From: Candidatus Bathyarchaeota archaeon
Lineage (GTDB): Archaea; Thermoproteota; Bathyarchaeia; Bathyarchaeales; Bathycorpusculaceae
Reading direction: 5' to 3'
DNA: 26,669 bases
Assembly: GCA_963739305.1 (NCBI GenBank)
Contig: CAVTZU010000027.1
Coordinates: forward strand, 1-26,669
The translations under genes were made by a program, and so were the position numbers. The notes under the pieces were generated by a model, which made no database searches, was not told the origin of the DNA, and saw only the letters and a program-made list of their open reading frames with translations. This document shows, piece by piece, positions 8,501-17,379 of this stretch. Position 1 is the stretch's first letter. Every line of letters starts with the position of its first letter.

Positions 8501-9776
8501 GCTTCATATGCAGATCAAGGCCTGCCTCAATTGGAATCGTAGCGATCTCGAAGTACAAAATGGCCAAGCGATAAGTCCAAGATGCATCCCAGTCGCATGT
8601 GAAAGCGGGGAAATGGACATAGAAGTCCAGTCTGATCTTCAATTCGGCATCTGCGCCAAACCATGCTCTGAACCACTGAAGTAGCAACCCACTGAAATCC
8701 CATCCAACATACCCTGAAAAAGTTACCGAAGGAGTAAGCGTAAGATCAACCTGTAGTCCGTTATCGTTAATAAGAGTGGTTGTGATGGAGAAACCCATTC
8801 CTATCGAGAAATCGAAGTGGGAATCACGCTGGAAATCGCCAGACTGCATTCTCTCAAGCCCCAACGACGCCGAATTCGGCAAAAGATACGTGATCCTAAG
8901 GTTCCTGTAATTGCAGAAGTTGTTGAACAAATCGGAATCAGGTGCTGTAATGTTCGAATTGGACACGGTGGTCCTGTCAGTTAGGATCACAGTTGAGTCC
9001 GAGACAGCAACGTCTGCACTCATATAAGTGCCTCCTCCGAAATCCAGCACCCAGTGTAACCCAGAAAGTTCATCGCTGTTGAGCAACGTCGCTCCGATCG
9101 GGAGCCTGATTTCCGTGGTCCAAACAATCGTGTAAGTATCTACACCTTGGATCGAGTCGAGCAGCATTTTTGCGAACATTATCTCGGTCATTTCGTAACC
9201 GATGACCGTCTTCTTCGCATCTTCATCCTTCTGACCGATAAAAAGAGTCCAGATGCCGTCGGCACCGTTAGCCGTGACGTTCAGCACCTGAGGTGTGGCC
9301 ACTGCGCTGAACGAGTATCTGAAGCCTCCGTCACTGTCTTGAGGCATCATCGACGAATTGAGTATCTGCGTCGTGAAACCAAACGAGTATTTCTGCTCCT
9401 GCCGGACCGAGCGGTAGAACTCTTCCCTCACTGGCAGGCTGTTCTGGATTAGATTTTGGCTCAGATTGCCCGTCGACTTCCTTGTTTCTGGAATCGGGAT
9501 TTCTGTTCCGACCTCAGTGTCAGATGGTGCTGCCAGGTTATCCCTGTACCTGTCAGCCAGAGGAGAGTTGGGTGCAACTGTGTTAACTATTAATTGAGCG
9601 TCTCCGTTTTCTTCTACGATCACCTGCTCCTGCGCGTACATTTTCAGAATCTTACTATCTGCATCCTCTGCCCAACTCGTCAAAAAGACGCTGCCAACAC
9701 TGCAAAAAGCAGAACCGACAATGAGGAACAACAGTGTAGAAGCAGCAAGTCGCCTAATGGCTACTGGAACTTTCAT
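5568..9776 (-). CDS. 1402-aa secreted multidomain surface protein with Ig-like repeats and C-terminal dockerin
   Basis: Signal peptide; three (L/F)(E/Q)YS.D...W ... (V/F)RA.(Y/W)SG-type Ig-like units; duplicated dockerin motif GDTNGDGVVDIYD...ADLNADGTVDIFD. Confidence 0.85.
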   Translation of the reverse strand: MKVPVAIRRLAASTLLFLIVGSAFCSVGSVFLTSWAEDADSKILKMYAQEQVIVEENGDAQLIVNTVAPNSPLADRYRDNLAAPSDTEVGTEIPIPETRKSTGNLSQNLIQNSLPVREEFYRSVRQEQKYSFGFTTQILNSSMMPQDSDGGFRYSFSAVATPQVLNVTANGADGIWTLFIGQKDEDAKKTVIGYEMTEIMFAKMLLDSIQGVDTYTIVWTTEIRLPIGATLLNSDELSGLHWVLDFGGGTYMSADVAVSDSTVILTDRTTVSNSNITAPDSDLFNNFCNYRNLRITYLLPNSASLGLERMQSGDFQRDSHFDFSIGMGFSITTTLINDNGLQVDLTLTPSVTFSGYVGWDFSGLLLQWFRAWFGADAELKIRLDFYVHFPAFTCDWDASWTYRLAILYFEIATIPIEAGLDLHMKPYVHLEMNGELDFYFEYIIGYYFKSGIQWDIKDGWSPIAEFSSYSSHTWGANEIKLYLEADAGVEFDLSLMFFESVGPWVGFEPYVHALINYYSADDPDLAVWSVDLGFRIHAGLAIAGWLEYLLGIESTSYTLKDEVIKSWKGKFGLANTRTTLQLPNYAIMTGSGTYLAGSVTCNFLNSHSDYSSWFNLIQGRIVLEYSLDGGGTWQPIGTPYLQGAAFSYWWVPASDGNYTVRATYSGNGEYKASNGTVNLRVAPDVPGIQEFDSTEPAGGVPNEYWREPTDPHAAIIGWAAEFYNPPVQGFKVEQIGFPAYYTGDGTRQFLVEIWYLNSTSGGINVLYRATHRYGEFFTTTPPGPPDYLSYINVGQIEAPGSYWVCIFPNSSDTDQLRVGVYDIKSPIFTLYNARIWFTYPEYIRSIINSTSMYLPIIHIRGETMAGSHHIFGQVGSNFVYSPDPTLFTNYDRVWTNTSITPSFAAFAKTIRYIWRDPDGNAFCTNDYVVPVNWNGLWNDSISISTYGSLIEQHLGGIFQVEVYVIDLKGFVQYVTTDNFRVIKHQVTILFGTNPTNPIINFGQSILLGAGLVPSSIVTGTIYLQYSIDNVTWTDIDSATPNRTYFVREWTPPSAGNFSVRAYWSGDPIYSNGTSETQTVIVNKADPSLSLSVSSDVVEAATDIKMTATIGPALQNRPVIFQYSLDGSTWFTVGILNVSSTGVYDYNWTVPEILYTGRIIDSGQFSGNITTPQLDLGNGGVLSGFFARSKWLGDDDYNNVTSDVHYVSVTMPAPLQAVGAELKLSPSAINPRTTDTLIAAYIKIPDGNGVTNLNASAIDIRSICLNDTVSTLLNGTLYPYDFAMPVYNESENNLKVYFNRTLVEQYVLNATGKTYGRNTFNITGTLVGGTPFAGNVTLTISKITGDTNGDGVVDIYDAIILAAAFLSTPTSPKWNPNADLNADGTVDIFDAILLAGHYNQHYP

Positions 9777-9875
9777 TTCTCATTTCTCCAATCATAAGGA
9801 CTGCTAGGAAAACTGTACTGTGGAAAAATACCTAAGCATTTTTCCCAAGGAGGGAAAAACAACCATAAGACACAG

Positions 9876-9906
9876 AAAAAGGCGGCAGTTTGACTTTCTC
9901 GCCGCC
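9876..9906 (-). terminator. Hairpin plus T-tract downstream of the TPR gene
   Basis: GGCGGC-N14-GCCGCC followed by TTTTT on the minus strand, ~35 nt after the stop. Confidence 0.5.
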
Positions 9907-9940
9907 CAGAAAAACTTTGCCGAAACAGAAAAGAACTGAG

Positions 9941-12900
9941 CTATGTCAAAAGGTCTGGCGCCTTTTCTTTAAGATACCGTCTAACCAAATCTCTTTCGTA
10001 ATGAATTCTAACCCTCAGAATGTGTCCTCCTCTGCCCCTTTCCCCAAGAAAGGTCTGCAAGTCAACCAGACCTTTCTTCTGCAACTCAGACAGTCCATAA
10101 CCCAAACGACCACCAGTTCCATATAGACTCCTCTTAGAGACCCCTGCTTCTTCAACGATCTGAGGAAAACTCCTCCACCCCGACTTCTCAGGGCTTAGTC
10201 TCCGCTTCACGCAATCCTCAACAAAAGCATTAACAAGACAGTTGAAAACAACCTGAGCCACTTTAGACTGAAACTCAACGACTGGAAGAATTTTGGTCTC
10301 TTTAATTCTAGTCGTCCTGAAATTTCCCAGTTCATCAACGTAGACCACAAGAGGGGACAAGCTGACACTAACGACGTCTGCTATCTGAACCCAAATGCTA
10401 ATCGACTCCACAGAAAGAGGATCAAGTCTCTTACCTCTCATGTTCAACGAACCACCTTCTAAAGCGCAATAGGAAGGCATCCTCAGAACTTTGCTTCTCG
10501 GAGGTATCAGACCCTCTATCCTAACCAACAAACCAGGTTCCCTGCCAACGTTAACCAAGTCAAGCTCAACTTGAAACTCCTCACCCGGGACAAATTCTTT
10601 AGGAACAGAAAGACGAGCCCTTACATTGACTGACTCAAATCCGTTCAAGCCAGCAGCCTTCTCTGTTGAATCCGGCATCGAAACCCCAGTTGTACTGGAT
10701 AGAACGGAAGGAACTGTCAGAACCTCGTTCAGAGAAAACGCCAACTCGCGTTGTTTCCTCGCTCTTTCAAGACTTTGAAGCACTTCATTCTTCTTCTCAC
10801 GATATCCCGCCTGGCCATAAAACTTTGCAGACAACTCCAAACATCTCTCAGCCATTGAATAGAACCTGACCCTTTTCTCAGGCTCGGCCTCGGCCTCAGC
10901 GTTGCCCACATAAACATAAGCATCAAAGAGTTTTTTGGCTGCCTCAACCCATAATGCAGGCTTCTCAAGCCCGGCCCTCAGGTAATAACCTGCTGCGTTC
11001 TCCATCCGCAATTTGACTCCCGAATAGAAAGCCCTGTTCGAGGTAGCCATGAACTTCATTCCTAGCTCCAAGGCCTCGCAAAAACAACTGTTTCCCTCGG
11101 CAGTCAATTCAGCTGTCTTTCTATGGCTGATTTTGCTTGCTTTCGCAAAAAGCTCTGCTGCCTTCTTATAAAGGGTTGCGTCTCCTCTTTCTTCAGCAAG
11201 CTCCATCTTCTCCCAAGCTTGGCAAGTAGTAGCAGCGAACTGTAAATCTCTGCGGGCTTCCTCCCTCTCTAAATTTGGCGCTATTTCCTTGAAAATTCTT
11301 GCAGCATAAGCGAATTTCGTGGCACTTGAAATTCTATCGCCCTTTCGGTTAGAAAGTTTAGCTTCCTCCATCAACGCTTTTCCCATGCAATATTGCTTTC
11401 GCAATCTAGCAATGTCTGCAAGCTTGAAAGCTTCTTCTTTCTCCTCGGAGTTTTCGAACTCTTCAGCTGTCCTACGCAGAATATCTGAGGAATCTCCGAA
11501 GCTTCGGCTAGCCCGTTTGAAAACCTTCATCGCATCTTGAAGTTTGTCCAACCTGCTGAGAGCTTCTCCATGTTCAAGGAGAGACCAAGCAAAGTAATAG
11601 GGGAATTGATAAGACCACTTTTCGGTTATTTCCAAAAGGCGTGAACACATACGATAATGGTCTCTAGATCTTCCGTAATCTTCGTTTTCATGTTCGTGCC
11701 TTGACCTCTCAATTTCGGCCCAAGCTCTCATGTATAAGCTATAGTCTGAGTAAAAACCGATGAGAAGAGGAATCTTCTCAGCCGCAAATCTATAGTTTTC
11801 GGATGCTAACCCAAAGTTTTCTGCAGCCTGTAAATGTTCGTCCAAAGCATCGTATGTCTGTGCCGCTTTCCAGTGGCACTCCGCAACGCGGTTCTGGAAC
11901 CTGATATGTCGATTTGATTCGGCTGCCTCTGCAAAGAATTTTGCAGCCTTTCTCAGATGTTCCTTATCATCTGTGAGCTCATAGAGGTGATTTAACCATA
12001 CCCCACTGTTGTACTGTAAGATTCCTAAATTCCGAAAATACCCTTGCACGCGTGTCTTTCCGTGATATATTTCTTTGATGGCAAGTTCCATGCTCTTTTC
12101 ACTATCTACTAAGGACTTTCGGATCATGCGTTTCTTTGTCTCAGGATCTTTTGTCAAGTCAGCGAGTTGATATTTTATGGTGGCAAGGTTGGCCAACTGC
12201 ATACCACGATTCCAATAATGGAAGCGCCCTAGTTGTTCGACGATTCTAATGGCCTTCTTTCTGTGTTCCAAAGCTTCTTCTAGAAGCCTGGTCTTCTCTA
12301 TCGGGTTCTTTTGCATGAGGGCGAGGGATACAAGTGTTTGGCTGAAAATGTGATTGACATATGCTATGACGTCTGGATATTCAGAAGACTCTGCTCTTTT
12401 GAGTCCGTCTGCTGCGACTTCTCTTGCTTTTTCAAGCAAACGGAGCTTTCTTCCTAAATCTGTCTCATTATTAGCCAACCACCAATAATACTCGATATGT
12501 ACCCACTCTGCCCAAAATGAGTCCGCACGTGGGCTCATGAACGAGATCGGAGCGTATTGCTGCATAGCATCTTCAGCGTACCGGAGAGTTGCTTTGTACA
12601 CCCTTGATCGTTTTTCTGGGTCTTCAAATTTATATCTACTCCACCCAGAATGATAAGTCAGCCAGTCGAGTGCACATCCGATGATAAACTTGTCCCTGGT
12701 TTTTCTTCCACACTCTAAGGCTTTCTTAAGGTTCTTGAAAGCCTCGTCGCTGGCATCTCCCCACAAGAGATACAGGCCTCCGAAAACAGGAGGCAACATT
12801 TCGAGTAACGCGATTTCTTCGGAAAGTTTCTTGGCTTTCCGCCAATAATCTTGAACCCTTTGACTACCCTTCACCCTCTCGCTTATTTCAAGAAAATAGT

Positions 12901-13552
12901 AGTCAAACACTCCTGAACAGAAGGCGGTTTTTGCATAGGCCCTTGCGAGTTCGAAGGGATCTTTAGAGGAGGTAAGAGACTTGATCGCTTGTTCTCCATG
13001 TTCTACTGCCTCTCTCATCAGCTTCTCGCGGGTTTGAAAATCCCATTCAAAGCAGAATCCGAGAACAGGGCTGTTTGAAAGCTGGTTGTAAGTTATCCCA
13101 TACTCCAGTTGGTCACCTATCTCCTGAAACACCCCCAGACTCTCCTTTGTGAGCTTCCAACACTCTTCGAGCAGCCTCTTCTTTTCAGACATATCAGATG
13201 CTAACCAATAACCCACGTAAGCAATCATCGCGTCACACCGAATCGTCCTTGGTTTCTGTTTCTGCCCTCCAATCTTCCCATAGAATTCTTTAGCCCCTTC
13301 ATAGTCTCCAACTACTTGACGCATTCTGTCCCTGAACTCCTCCACACTTTCAGCCTGCATGCCTGCCCGATAGAAATCATAACCGATTCTCTCTTGAATC
13401 TGCCCCATCGTCAAAAAATCCGTCTTAGACACCAAGTCCAAGACCCCCCGGCGTAACTCAATCGCTCCTAGCCAATCATAATTCTCCTCAAGTATCCTAG
13501 CTCTGCCTACGGCACCTCCCAAACCTTCATCCCCAGGCATAGCACAAACCAT
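9941..13552 (-). CDS. 1203-aa TPR-like helical-repeat protein with beta-sandwich domain and C-terminal winged helix
   Basis: Long Ala/Glu/Lys-rich helical repeats; VELDLVNVGREPG beta domain; C-terminal GWRSFPQIVEEAGVSKRSLYG...LSELQKKGLV...GERGRGG wHTH. Confidence 0.75.
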   Translation of the reverse strand: MVCAMPGDEGLGGAVGRARILEENYDWLGAIELRRGVLDLVSKTDFLTMGQIQERIGYDFYRAGMQAESVEEFRDRMRQVVGDYEGAKEFYGKIGGQKQKPRTIRCDAMIAYVGYWLASDMSEKKRLLEECWKLTKESLGVFQEIGDQLEYGITYNQLSNSPVLGFCFEWDFQTREKLMREAVEHGEQAIKSLTSSKDPFELARAYAKTAFCSGVFDYYFLEISERVKGSQRVQDYWRKAKKLSEEIALLEMLPPVFGGLYLLWGDASDEAFKNLKKALECGRKTRDKFIIGCALDWLTYHSGWSRYKFEDPEKRSRVYKATLRYAEDAMQQYAPISFMSPRADSFWAEWVHIEYYWWLANNETDLGRKLRLLEKAREVAADGLKRAESSEYPDVIAYVNHIFSQTLVSLALMQKNPIEKTRLLEEALEHRKKAIRIVEQLGRFHYWNRGMQLANLATIKYQLADLTKDPETKKRMIRKSLVDSEKSMELAIKEIYHGKTRVQGYFRNLGILQYNSGVWLNHLYELTDDKEHLRKAAKFFAEAAESNRHIRFQNRVAECHWKAAQTYDALDEHLQAAENFGLASENYRFAAEKIPLLIGFYSDYSLYMRAWAEIERSRHEHENEDYGRSRDHYRMCSRLLEITEKWSYQFPYYFAWSLLEHGEALSRLDKLQDAMKVFKRASRSFGDSSDILRRTAEEFENSEEKEEAFKLADIARLRKQYCMGKALMEEAKLSNRKGDRISSATKFAYAARIFKEIAPNLEREEARRDLQFAATTCQAWEKMELAEERGDATLYKKAAELFAKASKISHRKTAELTAEGNSCFCEALELGMKFMATSNRAFYSGVKLRMENAAGYYLRAGLEKPALWVEAAKKLFDAYVYVGNAEAEAEPEKRVRFYSMAERCLELSAKFYGQAGYREKKNEVLQSLERARKQRELAFSLNEVLTVPSVLSSTTGVSMPDSTEKAAGLNGFESVNVRARLSVPKEFVPGEEFQVELDLVNVGREPGLLVRIEGLIPPRSKVLRMPSYCALEGGSLNMRGKRLDPLSVESISIWVQIADVVSVSLSPLVVYVDELGNFRTTRIKETKILPVVEFQSKVAQVVFNCLVNAFVEDCVKRRLSPEKSGWRSFPQIVEEAGVSKRSLYGTGGRLGYGLSELQKKGLVDLQTFLGERGRGGHILRVRIHYERDLVRRYLKEKAPDLLT

Positions 13553-13665
13553 CTTATACTAACATCTTGGACTCTGAAAAACCTTTTCCAAATCAAAACT
13601 CCAAGTGTTGCACAAGAATCATATGCTAAGACAGAGATAAGTAGGAGTTGCGGGTGATATCCTCA

Positions 13666-13674
13666 CGCGCGCTA
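13666..13674. repeat. Junction motif CGCGCGCTA (TAGCGCGCG on the minus strand)
   Basis: Directly precedes the integrase remnant. Confidence 0.75.
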
Positions 13675-14090
13675 CCATCAAAGTTTCAGAAAAGACAATT
13701 GCCATGATAAATGCTCTGCCGAAAAAGTATGGAGACTACCTATTCAGCATGAACTCTCATGCTTTGGATACCACATTTACCCACACCTGAAAAGCACTGG
13801 CAAACAAGCTACAAAACCCAAACCTCTTGCAAATACACTTTCACACGCTGAGACATTGGCGAGGAAAGAAAGAGTTTCGTAAGCACAAGAACATCTACGA
13901 CGCCAAATACATCTTGGGACACAAGTCAATCCTCAGCACTCAAAGATACACCGAAGGCGAAGAATTTCAGGGAGACGAATACTATTCGGCAGAAGCCAAA
14001 ACCAAAGAAGAAGCGAGACAACTCATAGAAGCAGGATACAGCTACGTGACTGACATAGATGGTGTTAAACTGTTTAAGAAGCCAAAGTGA
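13674..14090 (+). pseudogene. Tyrosine integrase, C-terminal remnant
   Basis: TIKVSEKTIAMINALPKK...FTHT*KALANKLQNPNLLQIHFHTLRHW...LGHKSILSTQRY: HxLR, LGH and catalytic Tyr present; in-frame TGA at 13788-13790; N-terminal part absent. Confidence 0.85.
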
Positions 14091-14198
14091 ATGCCATGCG
14101 GAAAATAGGAAGGTTCTTTTCTAGAGAGGAAGGTTTTAATCAAAAACAACTTATTAATGAGGTAATCCCCAAAACATCTTGAAACAGTAGCCCGGGAA

Positions 14199-14298
14199 AG
14201 CCCGGTGGAGGGAAGAAGATCTTTCCGCCGAATGTAGTGGACAAGCATAGTGGCCTTTGGAGCCATTGACGAGAGTTCGAATCTCTCCCGGGCTACCA
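14199..14298 (+). tRNA. tRNA-Gln(UUG) with a 24-nt intron at position 10/11 (14209-14232) and encoded CCA
   Basis: Acceptor AGCCCGG/CCGGGCT; anticodon arm GTGGC-CTTTGGA-GCCAT; T arm GAGAG-TTCGAAT-CTCTC; removing 14209-14232 restores the D arm; TATA-like TTATTAA at 14151-14157. Confidence 0.92.
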
Positions 14299-14433
14299 CT
14301 CTCCAGAGTTTGATTATACTTTCTGCCGAGGGGTTTCGCTCATTTCCCCTATTTTTCTTTTTGTGAGCACCTTGGCGTTGGAATAGGCGGTTTTTTGTTG
14401 GAGACGGGCGGAAGTAAAAATTCTGGTTCTCGG

Positions 14434-15285
14434 ATGTCAAAAGTCAAATTTGACTTCAGTACTGTTCGGACTCGTGTTATTCCGATCTTGAAAAGAGTTG
14501 AGGTTGAGGATTATCCTTCGAAGATCGGGCGCATCTACGGTTGGAGCCGCCAACATGTATGTTACTATCTCGGCAAGCTTGAACAGTGTGGTCTGGTGAA
14601 GCGGAAAGTTCGGAGTCGAGCAGTTTTCTATGAGCTGACGGGCCGAGGTAAAACTTTTCTCGCATCATGTGAGGACGTCGTCTTCGGTAGTGGTGTGTAC
14701 CGGCTGGACAGGTGTCAGGTGCGTTTTGGGATTGTGGCTGAGGGTTGTTTGCCCTTGGATTTTCGTCGTGTTGAGATGGTTAATTGGACGGCTTTGTTGG
14801 GGCTCGAGCAGGGTGTTCATGTGAGGCATACGTCGCGATCTTGGATTGTGCATGTGGAGACTTTGTATGGGAAGCATCCTGGTGAGTTGTTTGTTTTGGC
14901 GAAGAATCTTGCTGATCGTGTTGCAAAGAGTCTGATGCTGAAGTACGGGTGCAGATTAGCTGAGGGTGAGGTTTGTCCTGGTTATGAGTTGAAGGTTGAT
15001 GATCCTGTGGCGAAGCTTCTTGCTCGGTATTTTTGTGTGAGTACGCCGGAGAGGAAGATTGATCACAGTCCCGGTTGGGATCAAGGTGAGCTTGAGAACC
15101 TGAGTAGGGACGCTGCTGTTGAGTATCTGTTGATGCCTGAGCGCGTCAAGAAACTCGAGGGCCAGGTTCAAGTGTTGCATGTGGATCTCGAGGAGCTCAC
15201 TGAGGCTCTGAAGAAGATTTTCAATTCGGAAGTTCCTGGAGGGCTCGGACCTGAGCAGAGGAGGCTGCCTGATTATGTCAGTTAG
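14434..15285 (+). CDS. N-terminal winged-helix protein of the mobile element (regulator or replication-associated)
   Basis: YPSKIGRIYGWSRQHVCYYLGKLEQCGLV...YELTGRGK MarR-like wHTH; C-terminal coiled coil; ATG at 14434 preferred over TTG at 14395. Confidence 0.7.
   Translation: MSKVKFDFSTVRTRVIPILKRVEVEDYPSKIGRIYGWSRQHVCYYLGKLEQCGLVKRKVRSRAVFYELTGRGKTFLASCEDVVFGSGVYRLDRCQVRFGIVAEGCLPLDFRRVEMVNWTALLGLEQGVHVRHTSRSWIVHVETLYGKHPGELFVLAKNLADRVAKSLMLKYGCRLAEGEVCPGYELKVDDPVAKLLARYFCVSTPERKIDHSPGWDQGELENLSRDAAVEYLLMPERVKKLEGQVQVLHVDLEELTEALKKIFNSEVPGGLGPEQRRLPDYVS
14441..14456. promoter_or_regulatory. Perfect 16-bp palindrome AAGTCAAATTTGACTT
   Basis: Lies just inside the start of the wHTH gene. Confidence 0.45.
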
Positions 15286-15407
15286 AACCTGTTCAAACCG
15301 CTTCTTTGAGTCTTCTGGCGAGTATGGTGAAAGTCCATGCTTTTTGCGGTCTAAGCTTTCGAGGTCTGTTCATGTAGATTGGCGGGGGGTTGTTTCGGCA
15401 TGGCTGA

Positions 15408-15878
15408 ATGTGGCGTTTGGAAGGGTGTGAACGTTTCGTGATGGAAACTGTTGATGGAGACGGTTCAAAGGGGCGTTCTCAGAGTGAAAAAATAGGGAGA
15501 ATCAAGTATAATCAGCAGCTCTTGAAACGAGCCCTAAGTGAGCTGGAGGAGGTTAAGTTGATGCAGCGGACTATTCTTGCTGGGTTGAAGGGGATGTTTC
15601 ATTTTGAGAAGCCGATGATTCAGAAGATTGCATGCGTCGACGAGGTTGACTGTGAGATTCTTGAGTTAGTCTATGAGAGTGGCGGTCAGGGCATTTTGCC
15701 GAAGGATCTGGCTTCCAGGCTTAGCCAATTCAGGCTTAAGCGGCACCAGGCAACTAGGAGGATTCTCCGTATGAATAGGCGTGTGGAGAAGGAGCTTGGT
15801 GAATCAGTTGTTGAGAGGCGTGGTTGGCATTGGGCTCTGACGAGTTTTGGGGTAGAGGCATGGGGCGAAGAGACTTAG
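15408..15878 (+). CDS. Coiled-coil plus winged-helix hypothetical protein
   Basis: DEVDCEILELVYE...GILPKDLASRL...WALTSFG wHTH-like pattern; start may be ATG at 15441. Confidence 0.65.
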   Translation: MWRLEGCERFVMETVDGDGSKGRSQSEKIGRIKYNQQLLKRALSELEEVKLMQRTILAGLKGMFHFEKPMIQKIACVDEVDCEILELVYESGGQGILPKDLASRLSQFRLKRHQATRRILRMNRRVEKELGESVVERRGWHWALTSFGVEAWGEET

Positions 15879-15901
15879 GTAACCTAGACGCTCGAAGGTT
15901 T

Positions 15902-17224
15902 TCAGGCTCTGGTCAACGGTCTTCTCTTGTAGACTATGACTGCCAGTGATGCTGCTATCATGAATAGTGGTAGAATCAGGAATGATGGAAACTCTGGAAT
16001 TGAATACTCAAATGGTATTGTATCCACATCCATGGTGTAGTTCGAGACAGGCTGATGAAAAGTGAAATAGATTATAGTGTAGGTGCCGTTTGACTGAAGA
16101 ATTGTGGCATTGAAGAAATTAACGTAATACATCCCTGAATTAGTTGGATTCTGGTATTCTGTCCAGATAGAGTAGTTAGATGAATTTAGCAGGTCATTGG
16201 GAAAAGTGATCCTATAGAAGGCAACAGCATCATTCTCACACAATATTGTGAAATGAAGCCTCCAAAGATACTGATCTCTGTCTTGTCCAGTTGGAACAAG
16301 CTGCACTTGTTCTACTGTTGAGTTGCCTATCACATCAACTTCTCCAGACACCAGCACGTTGTGTCCAAGATCCCAAGCAGACACATTGAAACTCTGGAAA
16401 GTACCCATCAGAGGATAATGGTCAATAACGGATTGGTTAATGTATGGTGTGTCTCCTATTCCATCACTGCCATTTTGGTCTTGAACAGGACCACTGTATC
16501 TATCAGTTCCTCTGTAATCACTCCAATAATTGCCGCCTATTGGGTAATCACTGTTGAAGTTTGCTCCTGCTGCATAGAGGAAAACTTGTTCGGTGTTGTT
16601 GATGAAGTTGTTTGACCAAATATTGATGCCATTTCCTGCGTAGCCAAGTGATATGCCAGTGCCAGAGTTGTAAGCAAAAGTGTTTCCAATGATTGTGATG
16701 TTGTTGCCTCCATATGATGACAAACCAACTGAATTGTTTTCTATATCATTGCCAGTGAGAACAGTTCCTCCTTGTGATAAAACTTCAAATCCCCAGGAAT
16801 TTTCAATAATGACACTTCTACGGATTTCAGTGTTGAATCCCAGACACTCAATCCCGAAATTGCCATGCTTGATGGTCACGTCATGAATCTGGACACCACT
16901 CGTTACATTCATTATTAGAATTGTTGCTTCACTAGTGAAATTACCATCGATGATTGTTGTGTTTCTATTCGTTCCAATAATTGATATAGATTTGTTGACA
17001 ATTACTTGTCCATAATAGGTCCCTTGGTCCAGCAGAATGGTGTTTCCTTGAACAGTTTCATTGGCGTTGATTGCCTCCTGAATTGTCGTGTAGTTCAAGC
17101 CTGTGTTAAGGTTATGAACAGGGTAGCCATCAGAAGCTCTCACGCCATTTTGTTGAAATCTTGGATACCCCAAGATAACAAGAAGCATCAGGAAAACAAG
17201 AATGAGAACCAACTTTCTGCTCAA
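15902..17224 (-). CDS. NosD-like parallel beta-helix surface protein with PEF-CTERM
   Basis: Signal peptide; YTTIQEAINA; beta-helix repeats; GNYWSDY...DGIGDTPY; IPEF + TM helix + KRR. Confidence 0.88.
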   Translation of the reverse strand: MSRKLVLILVFLMLLVILGYPRFQQNGVRASDGYPVHNLNTGLNYTTIQEAINANETVQGNTILLDQGTYYGQVIVNKSISIIGTNRNTTIIDGNFTSEATILIMNVTSGVQIHDVTIKHGNFGIECLGFNTEIRRSVIIENSWGFEVLSQGGTVLTGNDIENNSVGLSSYGGNNITIIGNTFAYNSGTGISLGYAGNGINIWSNNFINNTEQVFLYAAGANFNSDYPIGGNYWSDYRGTDRYSGPVQDQNGSDGIGDTPYINQSVIDHYPLMGTFQSFNVSAWDLGHNVLVSGEVDVIGNSTVEQVQLVPTGQDRDQYLWRLHFTILCENDAVAFYRITFPNDLLNSSNYSIWTEYQNPTNSGMYYVNFFNATILQSNGTYTIIYFTFHQPVSNYTMDVDTIPFEYSIPEFPSFLILPLFMIAASLAVIVYKRRPLTRA

Positions 17225-17304
17225 GGTACACCGCCACTGATCACAATGGTTACCTCAATAATTATAATTTGTGGAGAAATCTTTTACCATATTCTATGTT
17301 AGCG

Positions 17305-17315
17305 TAGCGCATGCG
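17305..17315. repeat. Junction motif variant TAGCGCATGCG
   Basis: Between the divergent NosD-like genes. Confidence 0.5.
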
Positions 17316-17379
17316 ATTTGCACCGTAACGGATAAATTGCCTAGAACGGGATAGTCTTAGTTGAATTGGGGAAGGCAGA

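Noticed and set aside
13674-14090. Integron integrase with attC cassettes
   Set aside because: The remnant shows no evident IntI-specific insertion, I saw no attC-type long hairpins, and genes are in mixed orientation.
14042-14440. 132-aa minus-strand ORF
   Set aside because: Antisense to the tRNA-Gln gene, with no protein features.
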